DNA from: Bacillota bacterium
GTDB lineage: Bacteria; Patescibacteriota; Patescibacteriia; Patescibacteriales; UBA12465
Assembly (NCBI GenBank): GCA_050259635.1
Contig: JBLNBA010000001.1
Coordinates: forward strand, 7,329-71,328
Direction: 5' to 3'
DNA length: 64,000 nucleotides
Position numbers and translations under genes: made by a program
Part shown: piece by piece, positions 15,544 to 23,647 of the stretch
Layout of the letters: every line of letters begins with the position of its first letter
Numbering within the stretch: position 1 is the first letter of the stretch
Notes under the pieces: generated by a model
What the model saw: the letters and a program-made list of their open reading frames with translations, nothing else
The model's database searches: none
Told to the model about the DNA's origin: nothing

Positions 15544-18500
15544 ATGTTTTTAGAAAAACTGGAAATCCAAGGTTTTAAATCATTTGCCAATAAGAACAAG
15601 TTGGTTTTTTCGAATAAGATAGACAGCACCGGGCGCCGAGGCCTAACTGCCATTGTCGGCCCCAACGGTTCCGGGAAATCCAATATTGCGGACTCCATCC
15701 GTTGGGTGTTGGGCGAACAGAGTCTCAAGACTCTCCGGGGAAAGAAGAGCGAGGATGTCATTTTCTCCGGATCCGACCAAAAAAGTAAGCTCAGCATGGC
15801 CGAGGTTTCACTCTATCTCAATAATGAAGGCCGTCTGTTCCAACCAGTCGTTGAAACAGAAGACGAAGAAGGAACCGAAACAGACGCTTCCGGGCACTCC
15901 TTATCACCTTTAGATTATGAACAGATCGTAATCACTCGGCGGCTCTATCGCAGCGGTGAAAGCGAATACCTCCTCAACGGCAACCGCGTCCGCCTGGCGG
16001 ACATCCAGATTCTTCTTGCTAAAGCGAACGTGGGCCAAAAAACATACAGCGTCATCGGACAAGGCATGGTCGAAAATTTCCTTAATACCGGGGCCGCGGA
16101 GCGAAAGGATTTCTTTGATGAAGCAACCGGCGTCAAGCAATTCCAAATCAAACGAGACCTGGCGCTCAATAAGCTGGAGAATAGTTATGAAAACCTTAAG
16201 CAGGTTGAAATGCTACTCGGTGAAATCCGCCCAAGGCTGAAGATCCTGACCCGCCAAGTAGACAAGCTCAAGCGTCGCGGCCAGCTGGAAGATGAATTAT
16301 TATCCCATCAACGCCGCTATTTCCATAATGCATGGCGAGATATTAGCGAAAAGCTTGTCGATGCGAAAAATAAGCTGGAGGCAATCGGAGCCGAAAAAAT
16401 CAATCAGGAAAAACAGCTTGAGCAAGTAAATGCCGATTTGGAAATAATCCGCCAAACCAGTGGCGCCGATTCCGCCGCCCCTCTCCAAGAAGAATTACGG
16501 TCGCTGCAAAATGGACGCACCGAAATCGTAAGAAACATCGCGCGCCTTAACGCCGAACTCGAATTACAGCTCGAAGCACAAGGCCAGTTCGATACCGCCT
16601 GGCTTAATAAAAAACACGAAGAGCTTAAAGCGGAAGCGCAAAAATTAGAAGAGGAGACGGCCGCGATCCGCTCCCAGGCAGATAACCGTGAAGAAGAATT
16701 GCGTGATGAAATGCAGCGCATTGCCGAAGAGATAAGCCTTCGGGACAGCCGCCGACGCCTGGCAGAAAACAGGCAAGAAGAAAAAAACCAGCTTCAAAAA
16801 CATATTGCCAAGCTGGATGCCGTCCTGGAGGCTAATCTGGAAGCACAGGGACAATTCGATATTGCTTGGCTAAATAATAAGCATGACGAGCTAAGCCGTT
16901 CTCTGTCCGCCATCGCAAAAGAAATCGATTCAATCCAGATAGAAGACCTGCGCGCCGAAGCCAGCGGCCTGGATTCGCAGCGCATACAGCTGGATACGGA
17001 AATCGCCAGAGGGAACGGCGAACTGCAGGCAATAAACCGGGATATCCGCTCCAGTGCCAAGCCGGCAGCCGGCAGGGAAGAAATCAACCGCAGCATCGAT
17101 GACTTTTTATCGCGCCTGGATGCTATTAAAAATGAGAAGAGTCTTGACCGGATCAAATCCTTGATCGAAGAAGCCAAGCAGGAATTCCAAAAGCAAATCC
17201 GCACTTTGATCGACGGAGAAAATGAAGCTAAGCTTGAGAAGGCACGCTCCCTGCAGCAAGAGATAATCAAGCAGACAGAACAAAGACAGTCCCTCATCGC
17301 GGAAATAAACGAGATCCGCCTGGAATTGTCTACCCGCCAAGAACGCCGCCGCTTGCTTGATAATCAAAAAACGCAAGCCGAGCGGGAAATTTCCGATATC
17401 AAAGAAAAAATCGCCAAGAGCGAGGTCAAGTTTGACGCGGCTTCGATAAATAAAGAAAAAGAAGAATTGTACAAGAAATTATCGGCACTGGAAGCCGCTA
17501 TCAAGGAAGAGGTCGAAAAGAATCAGGTGGGCGCCTTGATCGCCGATCGCCAGCGCATAGCAAGCGAGCTCAATGAATGCCGACTCGCCGCCTCGTCTCG
17601 GCGGGATAAGATCCAGTTATTCGAAGACAAGCTCCGCCAACTAAGCCGCGAAATGAGCGATGTGAAGGAAAAAATCGCCAAGAGCGAGGTTAAGTTCGAT
17701 GCAGACAAGCTGAACTTAGAAAAGGGCCGATTAGATATCAGCCTTAAAGAGGCGGATAAGGATATTGCGGCGATCCAAGAGCGGCTTCGTCTGGAGAATG
17801 AAAAGCGTGATGACGAGAAACGACGTCTTTTCGCTCTCCAGTCCCAGATAAACAGCTTGCAAACCGAAATTAACCGCCTCAACAGCCAGCAGAGCAGCAT
17901 CCAGATAGAAGCAGCCCGCCAGGAAACCCGTCTGGAAGACTTAGAAAATAGTATTAAAGATGAAGAACTAAACCTGGAAGAAATAAAGGAATATCATCCG
18001 GAAGAGGAAGAGGGCGGCCTCGATGATGAACATCTGCGCAAGCGCATCACCGAACTTAAGAACCAGCTAGAAATGATTGGCGGTATCGACCCGGAAACAG
18101 AAAAGGAATATGCCGAAACCAGCGAGCGTTTCTCCTTCCTGGAAAAGCAGACCGCGGATTTGGATTCGGCCATCCAATCGCTGGAAAAGATCATCGCCGA
18201 ACTGGATATTAATATCAAAGAACGCTTTGAAAAAGAATTTAAGGTTATATCAGAAAAATTCAGCGAATACTTCAAGATACTATTCAATGGTGGAAGCGCT
18301 AAGATCTTCAAGTTGGAGGCCTTAGAGACTAATGAGGAAGGGACGACGGACCAGCAGGCGCCAAGCAATGAAGGAGATGATCGTTTCAAACGCCTGCGAC
18401 TGCTAAGAAAACGCAACGCGCTTGGCTTAGCCGGCATTGAAATCCAAGCCACGCCTCCCGGCAAAAAGATCCAGACTATATCTATGCTTTCCGGAGGTGA

Positions 18501-18783
18501 GAGAGCCCTTACTGCCATCGCCTTGATTTGCGCTATCATCAGCGCCAACCCCTCGCCCTTCGTCGTTCTCGATGAAGTCGATGCGGCTCTCGATGAGGCT
18601 AATTCTGAGCGCCTTGCCCAGATTCTCGACGATCTTTCCTCGAAGACCCAATTCGTTACCATTACCCACAACAGAGCCTCGATGAAACGGGCTAGCATAA
18701 TTTACGGAGTAACCATGAAGTCTGATGGCGTAAGCCAGCTGCTAAGCATCAAGCTAGACGATATCGCCGCTTTCCGCAATTAA
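15544..18783 (+). CDS. smc: chromosome segregation protein SMC (1079 aa; no recognisable hinge domain)
   Basis: N-terminal head LEIQGFKSF...IVGPNGSGKSNI. C-terminal head LSGGERALTAIALICAI...VLDEVDAALD. The central part is all coiled-coil-like. Confidence 0.85.
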   Translation: MFLEKLEIQGFKSFANKNKLVFSNKIDSTGRRGLTAIVGPNGSGKSNIADSIRWVLGEQSLKTLRGKKSEDVIFSGSDQKSKLSMAEVSLYLNNEGRLFQPVVETEDEEGTETDASGHSLSPLDYEQIVITRRLYRSGESEYLLNGNRVRLADIQILLAKANVGQKTYSVIGQGMVENFLNTGAAERKDFFDEATGVKQFQIKRDLALNKLENSYENLKQVEMLLGEIRPRLKILTRQVDKLKRRGQLEDELLSHQRRYFHNAWRDISEKLVDAKNKLEAIGAEKINQEKQLEQVNADLEIIRQTSGADSAAPLQEELRSLQNGRTEIVRNIARLNAELELQLEAQGQFDTAWLNKKHEELKAEAQKLEEETAAIRSQADNREEELRDEMQRIAEEISLRDSRRRLAENRQEEKNQLQKHIAKLDAVLEANLEAQGQFDIAWLNNKHDELSRSLSAIAKEIDSIQIEDLRAEASGLDSQRIQLDTEIARGNGELQAINRDIRSSAKPAAGREEINRSIDDFLSRLDAIKNEKSLDRIKSLIEEAKQEFQKQIRTLIDGENEAKLEKARSLQQEIIKQTEQRQSLIAEINEIRLELSTRQERRRLLDNQKTQAEREISDIKEKIAKSEVKFDAASINKEKEELYKKLSALEAAIKEEVEKNQVGALIADRQRIASELNECRLAASSRRDKIQLFEDKLRQLSREMSDVKEKIAKSEVKFDADKLNLEKGRLDISLKEADKDIAAIQERLRLENEKRDDEKRRLFALQSQINSLQTEINRLNSQQSSIQIEAARQETRLEDLENSIKDEELNLEEIKEYHPEEEEGGLDDEHLRKRITELKNQLEMIGGIDPETEKEYAETSERFSFLEKQTADLDSAIQSLEKIIAELDINIKERFEKEFKVISEKFSEYFKILFNGGSAKIFKLEALETNEEGTTDQQAPSNEGDDRFKRLRLLRKRNALGLAGIEIQATPPGKKIQTISMLSGGERALTAIALICAIISANPSPFVVLDEVDAALDEANSERLAQILDDLSSKTQFVTITHNRASMKRASIIYGVTMKSDGVSQLLSIKLDDIAAFRN

Positions 18784-18796
18784 GGATAATCAAAAA

Positions 18797-18822
18797 AAAG
18801 CCGCTCTCTCAAGCGGCTTTTT
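18797..18822 (+). terminator. intrinsic terminator after smc
   Basis: aaagccgct-ctctca-agcggcttt hairpin followed by a T-run. Confidence 0.65.
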
Positions 18823-18866
18823 CTAATTACAACGCCTCTCCCCGTTTTACTTCAGCACCTATAATC

Positions 18867-18875
18867 TGTTATAAT
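18867..18875 (+). promoter_or_regulatory. extended -10 promoter TGTTATAAT
   Basis: TGnTATAAT. The following GACAGTAAT is identical to the region after the promoter at 10569. Confidence 0.45.
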
Positions 18876-18924
18876 GACAGTAATCGCCTCGAAAATAGGC
18901 GCCCTTATCTTAGCTAATTATCTT

Positions 18925-20292
18925 ATGAAAAAACGGATATTCCTCCTCCTGCTCTTGGGGGCATTCATGCTAAGCGCCGGTTTCGGCTGTAAAACAGTAG
19001 ACAAGGAAACCAAAGCCGCGATGGAGCCCGTAACGCTCACTTATTGGCGTGTCATTGATGACACAGACACCTTCCAACCGATCATCGACGCGTATCGAGT
19101 CCTGCATCCCAACGTCACCGTTAAATATCGGAAGCTTAGGTTGGAAGAATATGAAACCGAACTTCTTAATGCCTTAGCGGAAGATAGAGGTCCGGATATC
19201 CTTTCTATCCATAATACCTGGATTCGCAAATACCAAAGCAAGCTCGCTCCGATGCCTGCCACCATCACCATGGCCTATCCAGTGGAGAAGGGCTCGATAA
19301 AAAAAGAAATCGTCACGGAGCTTAGAAGTATCAAGTCCCCGACTCCAAAAGAAATACGCGAAACCTTCGTAGACGCTGTCCCTAACGATGTCGTCATTGA
19401 TAACCAGATATACGGCCTGCCCCTCTCAGTCGACACTCTCGCTCTCTTCTATAATCGCGATCTTTTAAATAATGCCGGCATCGTCCAACCTCCGGCTTTC
19501 TGGAATAAAGAGTTCCAACAGAATGTAAAGAAGCTCACCAAACAAGATGCTAGCGTGGGGATAGTGCAGTCGGGTATCGCCCTTGGAGGCAGCAAAAATA
19601 TCGAGCGTTTCAGCGATATCCTTTCAGTATTGATGATGCAAAATGGTGCAACCATGATGGATGGCGGCCGCGTTCTCTTTAACACCATACCGGCAAAAAA
19701 CAGCGGCAATAATTATAACCCGGGACTGGAAGCTCTCAGATTCTACATCGACTTCGCCAACCCGGGGAAAGAAGTATATTCCTGGAATGAATCCTTGGCC
19801 AATTCCCTGGAACTATTCGCGAGCGGCAAGCTTGCTATGATGTTTGGCTATTCATATCATTTACCGGCCATAAAAGCTCTCTCCCCTAAATTGAACTTCT
19901 CCGTTGCCAAACTTCCCCAAATAGAAGGCAGTATGGTCGAGACTAATTTCGCCAATTATTGGATCGAGTCAGTATCGAAGAAAAGCCAAAATCCGGAGGC
20001 TGCTTGGGATTTCATCATTTTCGCCACCAAAGAAGCGCAGGCGAAGCAATACCTAGAAAAAACCAAGAAACCGACCGCCCTGCGTTCGCTCGTCACCGCT
20101 CAGCTTGAAGATGATGAAATCGGTGTCTTTGCCTCTCAGGTTCTCACAGCAAAGAGCTGGTACCAAGGGAAAGATGCGAAATCGGCTGAGGCGGCGCTTG
20201 CCGAAATGATCGACACTGCCAGTCTTAATCTCGATAAGATCCTAGAAGCGATTAATGCCGGTGCCTCCAAGGTACAACAAACACTAGAATAA
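18925..20292 (+). CDS. ABC-transporter-type extracellular solute-binding lipoprotein (family 1, sugar-type)
   Basis: Start moved to MKKRIFLLLLLGAFMLSAGFGC (lipobox LSAGFGC). Body resembles sugar-binding SBPs (YGLPLSVDTLALFYNRDLL). No permease or ATPase gene is adjacent. Confidence 0.7.
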   Translation: MKKRIFLLLLLGAFMLSAGFGCKTVDKETKAAMEPVTLTYWRVIDDTDTFQPIIDAYRVLHPNVTVKYRKLRLEEYETELLNALAEDRGPDILSIHNTWIRKYQSKLAPMPATITMAYPVEKGSIKKEIVTELRSIKSPTPKEIRETFVDAVPNDVVIDNQIYGLPLSVDTLALFYNRDLLNNAGIVQPPAFWNKEFQQNVKKLTKQDASVGIVQSGIALGGSKNIERFSDILSVLMMQNGATMMDGGRVLFNTIPAKNSGNNYNPGLEALRFYIDFANPGKEVYSWNESLANSLELFASGKLAMMFGYSYHLPAIKALSPKLNFSVAKLPQIEGSMVETNFANYWIESVSKKSQNPEAAWDFIIFATKEAQAKQYLEKTKKPTALRSLVTAQLEDDEIGVFASQVLTAKSWYQGKDAKSAEAALAEMIDTASLNLDKILEAINAGASKVQQTLE

Positions 20293-20293
20293 T

Positions 20294-20695
20294 ATGAAGA
20301 ATAAAGTCACAAAGTTCGCAATCACGGCCCTTGTCCTTGTATTCTCTTTTGCCCTTATTCAATCCGCTCTAGCCACCTCTACCCCCCAATCCATCGTAGA
20401 CAACACCACGAATGATTATAAATATGGAACTTATGACGTCAATGATGCGGTAATCTTTGTGATCCGCGCCTCACGTTGGGTTCTTGGACTCGTCGGTTCC
20501 CTCGCACTCCTGATGTTTGTCTACGGCGGCTTACTCTTCCTGATATCAGGCGGAAGCAGCGACCAAGTAGGTAAAGCCAAGAAAGTAATCATAGCGGCTG
20601 TCATCGGGCTGGCGATCGTTTTTGCAAGCTATCTGATAATCCAATACGTCCTGTCGATTTTAGGAATAAGCTGGGACGGAAAAATCCCCGCATGA
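20294..20695 (+). CDS. TrbC/VirB2-like pilin-family small membrane protein (paralog 0)
   Basis: Signal-like N-terminus, then LLMFVYGGLLFLISGGSSDQVGKAKKVIIAAVIGLAIVFASYLI. This is the same two-helix module as the 25303-27811 array. Confidence 0.65.
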   Translation: MKNKVTKFAITALVLVFSFALIQSALATSTPQSIVDNTTNDYKYGTYDVNDAVIFVIRASRWVLGLVGSLALLMFVYGGLLFLISGGSSDQVGKAKKVIIAAVIGLAIVFASYLIIQYVLSILGISWDGKIPA

Positions 20696-21351
20696 ATAGT
20701 TTTACCTTCAAAAAGCTCATAACACCCGATCACGCCGGCGAGAAGCTCCGCCATGCAAGAGAGGCCAAGAAAGCAACTTTAGAGGATGCCGCCGCCGTTC
20801 TCCATATCCGGGCGGATTATCTCGAAGCCCTTGAGAATGAAGAATACGACCGCTTACCCTCAGGATTATATGGACGCCAATTTTTTAAAGAATATTGTCA
20901 ACTGCTTAAACTAGACTATCGCAAACTTGTCCGACTCACTCCCTATTCCAAAGAAAAAGAAGGCGCTGACCCCTTTTCCCAAAAAGTATTGCGTCGGCAT
21001 AAATTCCTGGTATTCCCGAAACTGTTCCGAAATGCGCTCTTCATCGGCTTATTTTGTATCTGTCTGCTTTATCTGCTGATATATTTCCGCCGTTTGGCAT
21101 CCGCTCCCGAACTTATCGTAGACTATCCGCCAAGCAACATGGTAACGCACGAACTTTCAATTGAGATCCGCGGGCAAAGCGACCCGGAAACAGAAGTGAA
21201 GATCAATAACACCAGTATCATGAGCACGCAGGACGGTTCTTTCAGCCATGAGGTCCGCCTAAAACGCGGTTTAAACGACATTACGATCAGCGCGCAAAAG
21301 AAATACGGCCGGGAAAGCGTCATTGAACGCCAGATCCTAGTCGAGGAATAA
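20692..21351 (+). CDS. helix-turn-helix membrane protein, RodZ-like
   Basis: N-terminal HTH (LRHAREAKKATLEDAAAVLHIRADYLEALENEEYDRLP), one TM segment, and a C-terminal beta-rich domain. Confidence 0.55.
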   Translation: MNSFTFKKLITPDHAGEKLRHAREAKKATLEDAAAVLHIRADYLEALENEEYDRLPSGLYGRQFFKEYCQLLKLDYRKLVRLTPYSKEKEGADPFSQKVLRRHKFLVFPKLFRNALFIGLFCICLLYLLIYFRRLASAPELIVDYPPSNMVTHELSIEIRGQSDPETEVKINNTSIMSTQDGSFSHEVRLKRGLNDITISAQKKYGRESVIERQILVEE

Positions 21352-21352
21352 T

Positions 21353-21901
21353 ATGGTAAATCCTAAGACCATCCTATTTGACATCCCTGGGATTTTGAAT
21401 AAAATAGCAATTGAAGAAGGCCAAACAGTCGGAGAACTCGGTTGCGGCAATTTCGGCTACTTCGTCTTCCCGGTTGCCAGGCTAGTGGGAGCCAGAGGAA
21501 AGCTTTATGCCGTGGATATCCTCAAATCCACGCTTGAGGAGATTAAGAAGAAAGCTGTAACCGAAAACCTCAAGCAAATCGAGACTATCTGGACCAATTT
21601 AGAGGTATTTAAAGGAGCCAAAATAGAGAGCTCAAGCCTGGATCGCGCTCTTCTCATTAACACCCTCCATCAATCCCAGAAACGAGCGGAAATACTCAGA
21701 GAATCGGTACGCCTACTCAAATCGGGCGGGCGCCTCCTAGTGGTTGAATGGAAGAATGGCGAGAGTCCTCTGGGCCCTCCTACAGAGAAACGGGTCAGCC
21801 GAGATGCTTTAAAGCAAGCCGGACCGCGATTGGGTCTCATCCTTAAAGATGAGTTCGATGCCGGGCCATTTCATTACGGTTTAATATTCCATAAATCATA
21901 A
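21353..21901 (+). CDS. class I SAM-dependent methyltransferase
   Basis: VGELGCGNFG (motif I-like) and a RLLVVEW post-I region. Confidence 0.65.
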   Translation: MVNPKTILFDIPGILNKIAIEEGQTVGELGCGNFGYFVFPVARLVGARGKLYAVDILKSTLEEIKKKAVTENLKQIETIWTNLEVFKGAKIESSSLDRALLINTLHQSQKRAEILRESVRLLKSGGRLLVVEWKNGESPLGPPTEKRVSRDALKQAGPRLGLILKDEFDAGPFHYGLIFHKS

Positions 21902-21906
21902 ACACT

Positions 21907-22287
21907 ATGCAAAACCTGCTAACCTGGCGCTTCTGGTTCAACTTGCGCCCCGAGCCGCTACTCCCGTTATTCAACTATCTTTTCCTCGGCCTCATCGGAG
22001 CTCTAATAATCGCTACGATAGCTACAGGCTTCCTCCAGAGACGCAAAAGCCTCTACAAGGGCGTTTGGCGCCGTGCCTATGTCTTCAGTTTTAGTAATTC
22101 AGTCGTGGGCGTAGCCTTATTTTTCTTCAATTATGAACGAGCAGCATTTCTCTCTGGTCGTTTCTGGATCCTTTTCTGGGGAATAACCATGATTGCCTGG
22201 CTGGCATATATCCTGAAAGGCATAAAAAGGCCAGCTAACAAAGAACAACTGGAAAAAGAGAGAGAATTCAAGAAATACCTTCCCTAA
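21907..22287 (+). CDS. hypothetical membrane protein (126 aa)
   Basis: Three hydrophobic segments; no family recognised. Confidence 0.45.
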   Translation: MQNLLTWRFWFNLRPEPLLPLFNYLFLGLIGALIIATIATGFLQRRKSLYKGVWRRAYVFSFSNSVVGVALFFFNYERAAFLSGRFWILFWGITMIAWLAYILKGIKRPANKEQLEKEREFKKYLP

Positions 22288-22295
22288 AACACAAA

Positions 22296-22321
22296 AGACC
22301 TCCTAACGGAGGTCTTTTTTA
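22296..22321. terminator. bidirectional intrinsic terminator
   Basis: agacctcc-taac-ggaggtct hairpin flanked by an A-run and a T-run, between convergent genes. Confidence 0.65.
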
Positions 22322-23647
22322 TTCCTTCATCTTCCAAACGCTAACCCAGGCATCCTCGAATACAGGTTCATATTTATCATCGATAAGCCGCTCTACCGGA
22401 TTATCCGAGTTATATCGGAAACGATGCAGCGAAGAAGAAAAAGAACGGACAACACATATGGGCATTTTCTCCGCGATCGCCGCCGCCGCGTCTGCGAACT
22501 GAGCCCGAGTCTGGTGTCCAGTTATGAGGATATCGAAGGAAGAAGCGCTTAGTTTTTGAGTTTCATAATAAGCATTAGGAAAAAATGGACCGGCATGCAA
22601 ATATGCCCCCGGACAATTATGCTTTACGTACTCAATGAAACCGGGTTCCATCCCTGGTTCGAGGGCAGCTGAGGCATATCGGCTCACCGGATACAAGAAT
22701 AAGCAGGCAAAAATGGCAAGATATATCCAGGTCCACATAGTCTTTCGATCCGTCATGCCGATTACGACCATCGGCAATACAGGTAAAAGCGCAATTGTAA
22801 GGTGATATGAATCAGGAAGAGGCAGGCAAGACAAGAGGAGAAGCGCAGCGATATAATATAATAGCCATTCTTCTTTACTAGAGCGTCGGCGGTCCCATAC
22901 CAAACAAGCCAAACCGGCTACCGCCCACCAAAATAATGCCAAAGAAAAGCGATTTGCTTCAATATAATTGAATATGGGAAAAATGATTAACTGATCAAAA
23001 ACTAGTTTTGCCGGAAAAATCAAGAATAGAAGTGCTAGCGGAATAAGAGCGATAGATAAGAAGACTATTACCTGACTAAACTTCCTTTTCCAACCATTCT
23101 CTACCCATAATAACCATACCGCTTCTGCCCCCAGGAAGGCCAAGCCTTTCTGTTGCAATAATATGATTGAAAGCCCGGTTACGAAGGCGGCTACTATAAA
23201 TGAGGACATCTTTCTTCTCTCCCGATATGATAGTAAAAAATTTACTGCCCAGAGAATGACAACGAGATTAAAGAAATTATGATTAATAATCCAGTGCCAA
23301 GAGGTCAAAATCAAGAAAAGGATGGGGGAAAAATATGAAGCCTGCCGGGCTCCAAACCTTTTAGTTAACCGGAATACGGCCACCGCCCCCATGATTACAA
23401 ATATAATCGCTAAAGCCTTGGCTGACCAAAAAGCCGCTCCAGTAAGGCTGAAAGCGGCTGCAACTAAATACGACGATAGCGGCGGAATAAAGGTAAAATA
23501 ATCCGTAAACGGTTCTCGTCCGTTAAAGATATTCCAAGCACCATTAAGAATCACGCCTTCATCGGCATTAATCAAATGGTCGCAGTGAATTAACACCGCC
23601 AAAGCACTAATAAACAGCCAATACGCTAATTTACTCAGTCTTTTCAT
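22319..23647 (-). CDS. polytopic membrane glycosyltransferase, GT-C fold (GT39/PMT_2/ArnT-like)
   Basis: First-loop motif ADEGVILNGAWNIFNGREPFTDYFTFIPPL resembles PMT_2/GT39-like enzymes. More than 10 TM segments. Start moved to MKRLSK (ATG 23645-23647). Confidence 0.55.
   Translation of the reverse strand: MKRLSKLAYWLFISALAVLIHCDHLINADEGVILNGAWNIFNGREPFTDYFTFIPPLSSYLVAAAFSLTGAAFWSAKALAIIFVIMGAVAVFRLTKRFGARQASYFSPILFLILTSWHWIINHNFFNLVVILWAVNFLLSYRERRKMSSFIVAAFVTGLSIILLQQKGLAFLGAEAVWLLWVENGWKRKFSQVIVFLSIALIPLALLFLIFPAKLVFDQLIIFPIFNYIEANRFSLALFWWAVAGLACLVWDRRRSSKEEWLLYYIAALLLLSCLPLPDSYHLTIALLPVLPMVVIGMTDRKTMWTWIYLAIFACLFLYPVSRYASAALEPGMEPGFIEYVKHNCPGAYLHAGPFFPNAYYETQKLSASSFDILITGHQTRAQFADAAAAIAEKMPICVVRSFSSSLHRFRYNSDNPVERLIDDKYEPVFEDAWVSVWKMKE

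Noticed and set aside
15910-18698. Many long antisense or alternative-frame ORFs inside smc (for example 17994..18698, 234 aa; 16794..17297, 167 aa; 17523..17900, 125 aa)
   Set aside because: Their translations are low-complexity S/R/L/A-rich strings. They lie entirely within a gene with strong SMC head motifs. Repetitive coiled-coil codon usage (GAA/AAG/CTG) suppresses stops on other frames.
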